Shown one piece after another: positions 43,946 through 58,479 of a stretch of DNA of 64,000 bases (positions are counted from its first letter, which is position 1; each line of letters begins with the position of its first letter). Origin of the DNA: the human T2T-CHM13v2.0 reference genome, Homo sapiens; assembly GCF_009914755.1 (NCBI RefSeq), contig NC_060939.1. The stretch is one strand, 5' to 3'. A program made the position numbers and the translations under genes. The notes beneath the pieces are model-generated. The model made no database searches, had not been told where the DNA came from, and worked only from the letters and a program-made list of their open reading frames with translations.

Positions 43946-46370
43946 AAGTCCTCTTGACCTTGGCATGAAATTGAATTCTAATGATTACATGAGATTGGAA
44001 GTGGATCCTTACCCAGGTGAGCCTTCGGTTGAGACCTCAGTCTTGGGCATCATCAATATCTGGGGTCCTGATCTGGAGAAACTATCAGTAGTATGTGTGT
44101 GGTTTTGAGCCACTAAGTTGCATGGTTATTTTTATGTAGAAATAAATAATATACCTGACAACTGAATGTAACGTGATAGCCTAGATTGGGTCCTCGAACA
44201 GAGAGTTGACTATGTTAAAACCTTGTAAAGCAGTCAGAAATTCAGGAGTTCAATTAATGGTTTTGTACCATTGTTATATCCTCAGTTTTCATGAATTTAC
44301 TATGGTTATATAAAATGTTAACATTACAGTAAGCTAAAGGATATATGCAGCTTTCTATACTATCCTTGCAAAATTCTCTATTTCTAAAATTATTTCAAAA
44401 TAAAATTGTTTTTAAAAGGTATTAACTTGGCACCAAAATAAGCAAAATCAAACCAAATATATAAATAAGAAACCTTGGGTTCAGAAGGTGAATGCACATG
44501 TTGAGAGAGAACAACAAATCACCTTCCCTTGTCTATCCACCATTCCAAAATCACGCACACCTGCTTCAGGAAAACAGCCACAACACTGGCGAATCTCTTT
44601 CGCTTTCTTCTTTCCCTTTAGACTCCTTATTACCCTGTCACTAGTCTGAGGGTCAGTAACCATTTCTTCAAAGATAGGTGCATTTACCTCCCATATCTCA
44701 GAGACTCCCATTTTCACACACCCTCTGGCAGTCTATCTGCAGACTCCCACTGAAGCCTAAGACATGACTGCTGGACATTAAAAGTCAAGATTGAGAAATT
44801 TAAGTGATAGGGAACATAAATCAAATTTCTGCATTCCACATAGTGTTTTCTTGGTAGAGGATTTCTTTCATAAAGTTTTCAAAATAAAGCTGTGTAAAAG
44901 CTTTGAGAAAACCCTGTTATAATTCAGGTTTTCTATTCTACAGATTCCATAATGATTTTATGGTATCGTGTATTCTGTGAAATTATATTATACATGGTCA
45001 AGCCTCAAAGCCACAGAATAGAAGGACTTCATGCAACAATCCATGCACCAGTCTAAGAGATGGACATGGGCTGAATGATGACTCTGCTTTTGTGCTGGCT
45101 AAACAAAAATCCCACAGCAAGGAGGGCTGTCCACCCACTCCCTACACAGCTCCAGCACTCTGCTGGAGAGCATTGGGTTGTTTCTGGGAAACATGCCTAC
45201 AAAGCCTACAAAGTCAGGGGACTGCAGGCTGTGATCCATGGATATCTACAAAGTCAAGACTTTTGCTTTTATGATCTGTAATCATGGAGTATATTCTTTA
45301 TATCACATTCATAACTGTATTGATGAAAGGAGCAGGCTGGAGACTTGGAGTGGGAGCTACACCTGCTCTGAACCACATTTTTTACTTCTGATATCAGGAT
45401 AGCCATTATTTAGGTGCTGTTATTTTAGGCATTTGCACAAGAAACGTTTTCACCCCATGAGCTCATATTTTACTCGTTGAGAAGTGATAGGCTCATTTAA
45501 AATTTAAACCTTAAACATGGAGGGTTATTAAATTCATACCACTTTAATCACAGTATTTAAACTAAGTGACTTGTCAAATCCCCCTTTTTCTCTTCATTCT
45601 AATGCATACATTAAAATTTATTATGATGTATACATGGAATATGATCCTTCACCAAATTCTTCAGAAAAAGGCAGATTGGAAGGCCATAAAGGAGAAAGAA
45701 GTAGAAATGAAAAAGGAGTGACCCATCTCTAAGTGGTGAATGAGGTTCAATGAGCTCTGAGTACTCAGAGTGAAGTCAGAACAGATGATAGACACAAAAC
45801 CAAGCTAACACGATACCCCAGGCAAAGAGGACACAGTGCTGAGCAAAGTCCCTAAACTCTCTGACAGCATGGAGGATATGATTTTCCACAACCTAAACTA
45901 TCTGTGGCCAGATTCCCCAGAGGTGTGCCTTTCCACCAGAATTCCCAGAAACATACCATGGCAAAGAACCAAAAGTCATAGCACACCATGAGGCAAGAAC
46001 CCACTGCCTTGTGTCTACACTCAAGTCTGAAAAGAGCATAGAAGCAACTGGAGACATGGCTTATATGTTTGAGATCAGGAATTTATGTTAACTTTATTGA
46101 ATCTTCCTGGAACCTAAAAGTCTAGGTAAAAACAGTCAACCTCCTAAATCATTAATTCTATGAATTCTATGGGTTTCTTTTTCTTCAATATATTCATCAG
46201 AGAACAACAAAGTCCATTCCAATTTCCAAGAACTCAAAAGTATATTTGGCCAGAGTAGCAAATGAACAGAGCAAAATATTGTATGAAAACCATGCTATAC
46301 CTACTTATGCAGTGACTGAGTTTAAAATAACTTGTATGATCACTATCCATGTGATTAGACAAACAAATGG

Positions 46371-46761
46371 TGTACTAGTCTGTTTCGTGTTGCTATAACA
46401 GAATGCCTGAGACTGGGTAATTTATTTGTTAAAGGTTTATTTGGCTCACAATTCTGATGACTGAAAAGGCTCCAGATTGGGTGTCTGCGTCTGATGAGGG
46501 CCTCAGGCTGCTTCAGGTCTTGGTGGAAGGCAAAAGGGACCCGGTATGTGCAGAGATTACAGGATGAGAGAGGAAGCAGGAACCGGGGGAGATGCCAGCC
46601 TCTTTTTACAGTGGTATCTTGAGAGAGCTAATAAGGTGAGAACTCACCCCTCGGGAGAGAATTAATCTATTTATGAGGGAGCTGCCCCCCGGACCCAAAC
46701 AGCTCTAATTAGGCTCCACTACCCAACATGACCATACTGGGGATGAAATTTCAACCTGAGA
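46371..46761 (-). mobile_element. MST-type MaLR LTR
   Basis: 'tgtactagtctgtttcgtgttgctataacagaatgcctgagactgggtaatttat...aaatttcaacctgagatttt'. Confidence 0.85.
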
Positions 46762-47478
<717 letters not shown>

Positions 47479-47493
47479 TGATAGGCATTCTCT

Positions 47494-48116
47494 AAGAGAA
47501 CGCTGAGTGAAAAAGAAGTTAGGTTTAGGTTTGGTTGTTAGGTTAAGTGAGACACACAGGAAATAACAGAACACATGAAAGCACAGGAACCGTTTATTAC
47601 TTCCAGATAGAGAGAACAGGGCAGCATTCCCTTCCGGGGCAGCTGGAAGGGAAAATTCATCTGGGACGATTACAGGCAGCCAGCTGGAGGTGAGCAAGAG
47701 AGAGAAACAGGGAGTGACCAGAGGGCCAAAGCGTCTACTGGGGTTCAGAGCATGACTCATACAGGCTTCCATTGGGGAGTTCTAAGTGGTGGGTTTAGAG
47801 CAAGTAGGTAAGAGCTCTGGGGGGCACACTGTGACTGAGGGGGTCACTGAGGCATAACTGCATAGTAAATGTGGGTTGTGAGGGGTCAGCCAAGTGAGAC
47901 AAGTGTTATACCTAGCTGTCCCACAGAGGCCATCACCAGGATGTGGTTGTGGAAGGTTGTGGAAGGGGTCTGGATAGACCCCACCAAGGAACAGGGAGAA
48001 GGTGAAAAACTAGCAACCTTGCCTTAGGTGATTAAACCCTGCTTTTTGAATGAGTAAGTTAAATCTCTATTCAAAATGGATGCCTGAGCAATATAAAGTT
48101 ATAATAATTTACTATA
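47494..48116 (-). mobile_element. ERV LTR-like element (family not assigned)
   Basis: Minus-strand AATAAA near 47593; minus-strand start 'tagtaaattattataactttatattgctcaggcatccattttgaata' resembles ERV1-class LTRs. Confidence 0.5.
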
Positions 48117-48227
48117 GTACTTAAGAATTCCAGTAATCTACTAATAACTCTAAAATCTCTAATCCCTCAGTAGAAGACAAATGGAGTTGGCCAATATATA
48201 TTAAACTATATTTAAGAATGTTTTCTC

Positions 48228-48521
<294 letters not shown>

Positions 48522-49498
48522 GTTTCTCAATAATAGACCAAAATACAGCAGATAAACCCCATGATTTTACAGTGAGGAGGAAGGAGTCACAGAGAAAAAA
48601 TAGTGTATTTCATTGAAGCCAGATTACACAACTCACATTTCTCAAATAGGGTTGTATCTCAAAAATGATAATGAAAACACCACTGTGAGGAGGCAGTCAT
48701 GATGTGATTAGCCTCATGTGAACATGCACTTGGTCTAAAAACCTTCCATTGACACATTCCAGTGAGATCATCAACATCAAAAGTTGCAGAGGGGCTGTAA
48801 GTATTTTGGAAAGATAATCTCATGGAGACTGTCACGTGACCCTCATAACAAAAGTGGCATCATCACAGCTTCTGATAAGGACAAATGATGTTTGTATGGG
48901 ACAAATCATGGAGAGGATGAATTAAAAACTATTTCAGAAAACTTTATCTTTTCATGGGAGATATTTCAGAATTCACTTTGTTAATGTATTCTGCTTATAG
49001 TTTCCATCTCATGTAATCACACGATTTATATAAGACAAATGTCTACATTTATATAGATTGAAAAGTTTTTTCAACAATTATAAGAAAAAATGTTAAGTGA
49101 TAAGAATGATCTGTGGCATAATCGGTAAGTAGTTTTATTATTCCAGTGTCATATATAAAGTAATGATACATCATTCAATTGGTGCAAATGATACATATTG
49201 CAATTACTTAGAAAAAGCTGTCAGTATTATCAACTACTAATTTAGTAGTTAGTATATACCTTCTATTCATCACAGGCTTTGAGTATTATTAGTAATCCTC
49301 ACAGCATGCCAAGATATAGGGATTACGATCACACTCATGTTTCAGTTCTGAAGCTGAGCCTAAAGATCCACAAGAAAGGAATGAAAGAAGCTTAGGCTTT
49401 ATTCTGCCTATCTCTAGAGTCTTTGCTGACATCAACAATAGTAGCATACCTTTTTCCTCACATGAAACATACTTTCAGGTCTTACTTTAAGAAATATT

Positions 49499-49764
49499 GG
49501 CCGGGCATGGTGGCTCACGCCTGTAATCCCAGCACTTGGGGGACCAAGGCGGGCGGATCACTTAGGTCAGGAGTTCAAGACCAGCCTGGCCAACGTGGTG
49601 AAACCCCGTCTCTACTAAAAATACCAAAAGTAGCCAGGCATGGTGGTGCATGCCTGTAATCCCAGCTACTCAGGAGGCTGAGACAGGAGAATCACTTGAA
49701 CATGGGAGGCAGATGTTGCAGCTAGCCGAGATTGTGCCACTGCACTTCAGCGAGACTCCATCTC

Positions 49765-49795
<31 letters not shown>
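49499..49795 (+). mobile_element. AluSx-like
   Basis: Dimer with poly-A. Confidence 0.95.
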
Positions 49796-49796
<1 letters not shown>

Positions 49797-50012
49797 TATC
49801 ACGGTAATAAAGTTATTTTCCTAAGTTAGGGTCTAACTACTGGAAATTGTTTTTGTATTTGAAGTTTGTGATCCACCTGGAATTGCTTTTTGTGTGTAAC
49901 ATGAGCTCAAAGGTCAGATTTTATTTCCCCTGTATGGATATTCCATTTCCTGGAACAGTATTGATAACTAGTCTTTTCCCAATTTTCTCCTTTTATAAAT
50001 TGCTTAGATATG

Positions 50013-50014
<2 letters not shown>

Positions 50015-50043
<29 letters not shown>
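50015..50043. repeat. (TG)n microsatellite
   Basis: Directly visible. Confidence 0.95.
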
Positions 50044-50046
<3 letters not shown>

Positions 50047-51899
50047 AACTCTCTTATTTTTTTCATTGATTTATTTTTCTATCTCTGTGCACATACCACA
50101 CTGTCTTGTTATTAAGAAAGTTCATTTAACAGAAGAATTTTTCCCTCAAAGCCCATTTTCTTAAACACTGTGTTATGGTGTCATAAAGAAAAAGAAGAGT
50201 AAAACCTCCATGCCCTGTACCTACACTGATATTCCCAGTTGTACCGCAAATAAGGATATTTTAGAATTTTACAACACTACTAACTGTTGCTTATGTCTTT
50301 AACACCCTTGTGAATCTTAGGCAGTCCTCCCATGCCACTTCCAACTTTGTTTTTTTTTAGTACATTCTCGCTGAATTTCATTCAATCTCTCGCCTCCTCA
50401 TTTCCCTTCCCTGCTTTCTGGAGCCTTAGGAACTTTCTACTCTGAGAGCAGCAGCCAGCAGGGAAGGAACATACACAGACACCTCTGCGTGTCTCCCTTG
50501 GAAGCACAGATGCTCCGATGGTTGGTCCTGCTCCTTCTCTGGACCACATCTGCCAAGGATGGGGCCACAGCCTGTGCATCTGAGCTCAGAGCCTGTTGTG
50601 GGATCTGCAGGAGCAAGACCAGTTGCCCCCTGCCTTCTCTCTGAGGTCGATTGGGCAATTCCATTATTTTGCATAAAGATCAAGTTTGTTCAACAATCAT
50701 CTTGCTTGCTGACCCCAAACACATGCCCACTCAGGCCTTGCTTTGAAATATATGCTCTCGCTGTTTGTCTTGGCATGCACATATCTTCAACACTTATGTA
50801 TATTTTAGGGGGGCATATATAAACATTATCTACAACTGAATTTGTATGTTTATATTGTATATTAATACCTTTCATATCTGTATTTAAAAATACATTCATA
50901 ATAATGTTTCAAAAAATCTTTTTCAATTATTTTCATCTTTTCAAGCATCACTTTTTCCTAAGTTGAAAGGGAAGATCACTTTTATTAGGAAAGACAGATG
51001 GTGCACATTCTCTGTTAGTGTTTTCTAGAAACGCCTTCTGAGTGTGCAGAACCGACACTTTGCAAGTGTGAATATCATCATATTCTTTGCTTTTCTCCTT
51101 ACCCAAAAGCTGTATGCATTGCCTGTCATACTTGATTCCTTGTACCACATTTTTGTAAATGTCTCCATAATATTATAGCTACTGGTACAGATGATCCATT
51201 ATGTAGACATGTGTTCTTTCTTACTTTTCATTGAGTGAACGTTAAAATAGTTTTTAGTTAAAAAAACAAAACAAAAAAAAGCCACTCAGATAATGTGTAC
51301 ATACGTCTCCAGCCAGCACATATTTTTGTAATATGGTCTGGTATAAAGGAATTGAAATATTTTATTTACTTTCTTTTATCTACTAGCATAATATTGTAAA
51401 AGGTTTTCATGTTTATGACCCTTATAGATGATCATTTTTGTTCACTTATTCAATAATTTACCCGCATTTTCTATTTAGTGGGTCTACTGATGTCCATTAT
51501 TTTAGCCTGAAACTTTCGGGTGACTCTAATGAAGTTGGTATGTGATTAGATGGCTGAGTGTCTTGGCTTGTGATGATGGGATTTCTCACCTGAAACTACC
51601 AGGAGACACAAAAGCAAGAAGGCAGAAACAATTCAGAACTCCAACCAGAAGACTAGGATTTATTTCGGGTTTGCAAGGTTGTTGAGTGTCCCAGTGCCAG
51701 CACGACAGTGTTGAGGGGAACAAATTATCTTGTGAAAGAAGTTTTCCTTCAAAGTGGGTCTCTTATACTCTACAGCGTGTGTCTGCTATTCAAGTAATGA
51801 AATCCTCAATATATTTTTTGAATTATTTCTGGGGGAATGAAGGACATTTGTACAAGATTTATGAGATTTTAGCAACAAACAGAACAACAGCATTTAAAA

Positions 51900-52050
51900 A
51901 AATTAGAGACAAGCCTTGCTTTATTGCTCAGGCTGGAGTGCAGTGTGTTGATGATAGCTCACTGCAGCTTTGAACTCTTAAGCTCAAGCTATCCTCCTGC
52001 CTCAGTCTCCTGAGTATCTGGGCCTACAGGTGCATGCCACCATGCCTAGC
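51900..52050 (-). mobile_element. Alu monomer (FLAM/FRAM-like)
   Basis: 'caggctggagtgcagtgtgttgatgatagctcactgcagctttgaactc'. Confidence 0.85.
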
Positions 52051-52941
52051 TAGCACAGATACTTGATGAGTACTTTCACACCAAATTAATAGATGGGCAT
52101 TTGTTTTACCAGGCAATGCCGCGGTTAGAGACACTGACCCTTAGTACTGTATACAGATAATTTCAAGACAGGATCCTAAAAGATTTTCACTCTATTGTTG
52201 AATTCAGGCCTGCCACCGTTTACCTTGATATAACTTAGTATAAAGAGCAACTCTATATTCCATGCTAACTACGTGGACTGTGGCATTTGTGTAGTGAAAG
52301 GCAAAGGAAGATGATTTCCCAATTTAAATGAAACTGGAGTTTTTCTGGGGAAATAAATAGAGGAGATACGCCTTACTGGTTTCTCCTTCTTTTGTTGATA
52401 ATTGTGTTCTGCTCTTATAAATAGAAAGCTCTACTTAAATGTATTAATTATATAGTCTGCTACTCAAGTAATGAAATCCTTAGTATAATGGTCTTTAAAT
52501 TATTCTGGGGAAATGAGAGACATTTGTACAAGATTTATGAGATGTTAGCAACAAACAGAGAAAGAGCATTTTAAACAAAATTTTTTTGAGGCAAGCCCCT
52601 TGTCTTTCTTTTAGAGACAACTCTATTGTTGAATTCAGGCCTGCCACCATTTGCCTTGATAAAACAAGGTAAATGTTACTCTTTTTTGACAATAGTAATA
52701 TCAGCCATACATAACTAAATATAGTCTTTTTAAATATCAGCCACACATAACCAAAAAAATCACAGGAAGTGCCAGGTGGGGTCCACGTGGGGTGGTTCAG
52801 CCTACTTACACACATCTTTTCCTGCATCAATAATGGATTGCCCTTCATCCTGGGCTTGTCATGCCCTAGCTGGCCTTGTGATATAAAGGCCTCTGTCTGT
52901 TTTTCAGACAGGAGTATGATGAAAAGGTTGAAGGCCAAGTC

Positions 52942-53243
52942 CTTTTTTTTTTTTGAGACTGAGTCTCGTTTTGTCATCAGGCTGGAGCGCAGCCTGGAGT
53001 GTGCAATATTGGCTCACTGACTGCAACCTCCGCCTCTAGGGTTCAAGTGATTCTCCTTCCTCAGCCTCCCAAGTAACTGGGACTACAGGCATGCACCACC
53101 ATGCCTAGCTAATTTTTGTATTTTTAGTAGAGACGGGGTTTCACCATGTTGGCCAGGATGGTCTCGATCTCCTGACCTCGTGATCCGCCCTCCTTGGCCT
53201 CCCAAAGTGTTGGGATTACAGGTGTGAGCCACTGCACCCAGCC
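52942..53243 (-). mobile_element. AluSc-like
   Basis: Antisense dimer; 'aaggccaagt' repeated on both flanks. Confidence 0.95.
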
Positions 53244-53847
53244 AAAGGCCAAGTTCTTTCAAATGTCTTATGCTGTTTCCTGTTTTTCTGAACTGTTCCC
53301 ATAGTTCTGTAACCCATATCTCATAGAATAATGATGGCACATAGCAACACTGTCTCATAAGAGCTGGTATGATTATTGTCTTTCATTCTTGATACTGGAC
53401 GTGGAGACTGGCTTGATGCAAATTGATGACATTGATTTTCCAGGCTTTCAGTTCCATCTTCCGAATTCAGAAAGTCATCCAAGATCCTTGCCAAACCACA
53501 GCCAGGAAACTTTCTTAAAGCATCAAGCTGAGGAAATAGTAGGGCTCACATAAGTGTTTCATGTCTCTCTGGTATCAATGTCCTTCCTTGCTTGATGCAC
53601 AGGATATTTTAAACCATGGTTTAATATACTTGTCCATTTTTAATCTTTATATGTAGTGAGGCAAATCTAATCCCTCAGTATTTCCAAAGGATTTTCATTC
53701 ATTCTATCTACAATTATTCAATAATTGCTATACTTCTTGCTGTACACTTAGAACTGGCAATATTAAGGTGCATAAGGAACAATGAGAACAAACACAGAGA
53801 AAGACAGACAAGTGAACTGTCATTTGTAACACTTAAGAGGAGGTCAA

Positions 53848-54147
53848 GCCTGGTGCGGTGGCTCACGCCTGTAATCCCAGCACTTTGAAAGGCTGAGGCA
53901 GGTGGATCACCTGAGGTCAGGAGGTCGGGACCAGCCTGGCCAACATGGTGAAACCCCGTCTCTACTAAAAATATAAAAATTAGCTGGGTGTGGTGGTGGG
54001 AGCCTGTAATCCCAGCTATCGGGAGGCTGAGGCAGGAGAATCACTTGAACCTGGGAGGCAGAGGTTGCAGTTAGCCGAGATCGCTCATTGAACTCCAGCC
54101 TGGGCCACAGAGTGACACTCCATCTCAAAAAAAAAAAAAAAAAAAAA
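53848..54147 (+). mobile_element. AluSx-like
   Basis: Full dimer. Confidence 0.95.
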
Positions 54148-54465
54148 GGTCAGAATTGATCAATTGATCAATACACTGTTTTTGTAGGAATCTCATTGGG
54201 GGACATCAACTCTATGTCAAATGAATGAAAGGTTTAAGATGGATCTAAAAGAAGGGATAATATCTGTAAATCAAATGATTATAAATATAATATCCTTATT
54301 TTATACATATTAAATGAGCTATTCTATAATTATAAAGGCATAAGATATTCACATAAAAATGAAATCAATATTAAAATTAATTCATATATGTATTCATAAA
54401 TATCTTGAAATTATGATTCTGATTGTTCTGAATTAGATTTTGATCCAGAGTCATGGATGACTTAA

Positions 54466-54698
<233 letters not shown>

Positions 54699-54800
54699 AC
54701 AATGAGACCTTTCTGAATATAAGAGGCCTCACCATTGTCCTTGTGATTTCCACATCTCCTGCTGACACCTATGTTCAAGTTTTGATGCAGATGATCTCAC

Positions 54801-54891
54801 CGGAAGGGGGCAGCAGATAATTCCAAGACAAGTTCATCCATGTGTAGACAACAAACACCATGTCATGGCTCACAGGAGGCTAACAGTGATT
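54801..54891 (-). other. Candidate minus-strand non-coding exon
   Basis: Acceptor tttttcaaattttgtcAG, donor CCG|GTGAGA. Confidence 0.45.
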
Positions 54892-55012
54892 CTGACAAAA
54901 TTTGAAAAACAGCAATACTAAAATTGGTGACATAGGGTAAGTAATAAGCATTGGGAAATATTTATCAAGGGATCCATATTAATAGAGCAAAATCTAGAAA
55001 ACAATATTTTAC

Positions 55013-55109
55013 TTGGTGTGGTGGGTGGGCAGGCGGGGCAGGCAACACGGTCCAGAAGGACAGAAGGAATTCAGATGAGGCAGAAACAGTGTGGCCCATG
55101 AGAGGTGCT
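55013..55109 (-). other. Candidate minus-strand non-coding exon
   Basis: Acceptor ccactgcAG, donor CAA|GTAAAA; both sites retained in copy 1. Confidence 0.45.
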
Positions 55110-56059
55110 CTGCAGTGGATTCAGGATGGGGAGGCTGGAGAAGAGGCTGAGGGGAGTCAGGGCTCACATCCTGACCTGAAAACAGAAGAGAGGAAAAGAA
55201 ACATGCCCATCTTCAATTTCAAGTCTTCCTCAGACTGAAAGAGACATGGAGTTTATTTTGAATTTAGCAAGAATAGACGTAGAGAGGGTCAGATTCTTAT
55301 GAATTCACTAGTGAAACAATATAGAGGAGACTCTTCTGTGTTGCTTTTGGTGCATTTACATGTGTGGGGCACATAGGGGAACACATGGGCAAAGTTTCCA
55401 TATTCTCTGATATTTCAGACAAGAGGGGATTCAGAAAGCTTGAAAGAATTCTAAATTGTAGTTTGAAGAGCTGCCCTTGGGAACTCATGGGACAGGCATC
55501 AGGCCTGGAATGGGATGGACAAGTGGGGCCTCCAGGAGAAGGAGCATTGCAGGAGATGCTGGAGAGTGGGGAGCAGTACGTCCAGCAGATAGGGGAGGTA
55601 AAGGGAAGAAGAAATAGTGTGTCTGTGGAACAGGCCAGGGCATGAGAAGAGGGCAGTGGATTGGAAGGACCGCAGGGATGAGTAATACGTGAGGAGGCAG
55701 GAGCAGGAAGGGACTGGGCAGGGAAGTGAGGGCCCCTCCCTGAGCACTGCACAGACTGCATACTGTGGATTTGAATGTCTGGGTCTTATTCCTTAAAATG
55801 GTACCCCATGAGGTCTGCCTTAAGAAAACAGAATGAGTCAGGACGGTCCCTGCTCACCGAGGAGGCTTTTGGGCATCAGCAGGTGGGGCGGGGTCTGAGG
55901 AGGAGCAAGATAGGAGAGGGGCAGGCAGGGTCCCTGCGCTTGCAGATGGGCAGGCTCAGGGACCTTGGATTCTCTTGTTCTCCTCCCTTTCGCTCAGAAC
56001 CCACCATCCAACTCCCTTGCCCTAAGAGCCCCTCATCCCACAGGAGTGGAGGCTCTCTC

Positions 56060-56310
56060 CTCGGGTGCAGGTGGGGTCCACAGCTGAGGAAATTCAGAAT
56101 TCAGGCTGACCCGCTCAGTGCGCCAACTGGCGTCCACACCGGATGGGCTGGGCGCAGCCTGACCGGAAGTGCAGAGAGCGGAGCGGCTGCGCTGAGACCA
56201 GACCCGGCAGAATGCACAGGCGAGGCGGACCGGGCGCGGGAAGCGGTGCGCAGGAAGGGGCAGAGGGCGCGGTGGCGTTCTGGGGTGCTTCTTTGTGGAC
56301 ATACGCACGT
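56060..56310 (-). promoter_or_regulatory. CpG island, candidate promoter/first exon, duplication copy 2
   Basis: Dense CpG; intact ETS motif CCGGAAGTG at 56163-56171; strand inferred from the exon chain. Confidence 0.75.
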
Positions 56311-56465
56311 TCATCCATTTGTGTCTGTATGTCCTCAATCTTTGATATTTTCATTCAAAACCCATCATTTCCTCGCGTGCCTCTGAGCCTAAGAGATACT
56401 TGCAGTTTCCTCTTCTAAGACATGTCCCCCTTTACGTGTATGTATTTGTAGTTTCTTACCTAAAT

Positions 56466-56816
56466 TTCTCCTTTCTTTCTTTTCTTTCTTTCTCTTTCTC
56501 CTTCTTTCTTTCTCTCTCTTTCTTTCTTTTTTTATTTTTTCAGAGTTTCACTCTTGTAGCCCAGGCTGGAGTGCAGTGGTGCTATTTCGCACACAAGCTG
56601 CAACGCCGCCCCCGGGGTTCAAGCGATTCTCCTGCCTCAGCCTCCCGAGTAGCTGGGATGACAGGCGCCCGCCACCACGCCAATTTTTGTATTTTTAGTA
56701 GAGATGGGGCTTCATCATGTTGCCCAGGCTGGTCTCGAACTCCTGACCTCAGGTGATCTGCGCGCCTCGGCCTCCCAAAGTGCTGGGATTATAGGCGTGA
56801 GCCACGGCGCCTGGCC
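56466..56816 (-). mobile_element. AluS with (TTTC)n tail
   Basis: CpG-rich antisense Alu next to the island. Confidence 0.95.
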
Positions 56817-56914
56817 TCTTACCTAATTTTTTTTATTGGTGGATTATATTTAAAGTATTTGCCAGTTTAGTAAATAAATGAAATAACCCTGCCTTAGCAT
56901 GCTTTTGATTGGTT

Positions 56915-57146
56915 ATTTTTGTTTTAGTTTTAGTTTAGTTTTGTTTGTTTTAAGACAAAGTCTCTCTCTGTCCAGTGGCGCGATCTCGGCTCACTGCAAC
57001 CTCCACCTACCGGGTTCAAGCAATTCTCCTGCCACCACACCCACTTAATTTTTGTATTTTTAGTACAGACGGGGTTTCGCCATGTTGGTCAGGCTGGTCT
57101 CAAACTCCTGACCTCAGGTGATCTGCCCGTCTCAGCCTCCCAAAGT
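56915..57146 (-). mobile_element. Alu with internal deletions
   Basis: Antisense Alu motifs. Confidence 0.9.
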
Positions 57147-57479
57147 TTGGTCGATCATTGTTGAATATTACTGTTTCCCATATGGGGGCTCACCTCTGCA
57201 TCCCCTTAAGGGGTGTTGTGTGTTTCTTGTTAAATTTGGGTACTTCTGTGTTCTGGAAATTATGAAGCGATCATTATTCATTTTTAAAACGCTGTGGCTT
57301 CCGTTCTGTTTTTACTGCCTTAGCATGTCTCTTTTCTTCTGCCTAATTTTGGAAATGTGTTCCCTCTTTATGGGTCCTATGGTTGAAACTTTGTTCATTT
57401 TTACTTCAGTTGTATCTTCCTTCCTCATACATGTATTCAGGGCTGGAAATTTAACCTCTGCTTTCATTCAATTCCACTC

Positions 57480-58020
57480 GTTTAGTTCAGAATATTTTTA
57501 AATCTTTTTTTTTTTAACCTATGTGTTATTTGAAGTGTGTTTAATCACTACAAATTTTGGAATTTTTCAGTGTTTGTTCTCATGTTGATTCGACTTTAAC
57601 ACCACTGTGGTCCAAGAGCAGACATTGCATGGCATTTACTATTTTAAATTTGTTTAGTTGGATTTTGTGGCCAAAAATATTGCCTAGCTTGGTTAATGGT
57701 CTATGTGGTCTTAAAAAGATTGTGCGTTTTTTCATTGTTGGATAAGATAGTTGATAGATAATAATTATATACAGTTGATTGATGGTACTGTCGAGTTCAG
57801 CTATATCCTTACAGATTTTCTGCCTGCTGGATTTGTCCATTTCTAATAGTCAAGTGGTGAAGTATCCAGGTATGATATTGGATTAATCTGTTTCTCCTTG
57901 TGGTTCCATCAGGATCTCCTTCACATAGTTTGATGTTCACTTTTAGGTACATACATGTTAAGGATTGTTACATCTTGGAAAATTAACCCATTTTTCACTT
58001 TGTAATGCCCTTCTTTATTC
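57480..58020 (-). mobile_element. Old L1 ORF2 endonuclease-region fragment
   Basis: Peptide DKSSRQKICKDIAELDSTINQL...GHK...LDHSGVKVE. Confidence 0.85.
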
Positions 58021-58479
58021 TTGATACATATATATATAGTATGCCTGAAATATGTCTATATCTATCTATATGCTTGATATGATCTGTGCATATATATGTA
58101 TAAAAGCATTATTATACACAGGCAATAATGACAGCAACAATACAATGAATGGGAGGGAGGAATTGGGATTATTTTGGTGTGATATGGTACTCATCTTACC
58201 TGTGAAGCACTGTGTGAAAGGTAGCATGGGTTTGTTGTAGATGTGTATTGAAAACACAAAGGCAGTCTGTTGGAACAAGGGCCTCAATTTCTTGCTTGGC
58301 TATTGACCAGAGGCTGCTTTCAGTTCCATTCTATGTTGGCTTCTCCCACATGACAGGATACACCCTCATAGCCATCAAGGAAGAGAGCTTGCTAGTAAGA
58401 CAGACATCACAATCTTATGTAACATAATCACCCACATGATATTTCCTTGCCTTTCAATATTCCATTTTTTTTCTGGTTA

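Noticed and set aside
55775-56386. Longest ORF (203 aa) as a protein-coding gene
   Set aside because: It lies in GC-rich island DNA with no recognisable domain, and the paralogous copy has ATA in place of the ATG (~36226) and stop codons.
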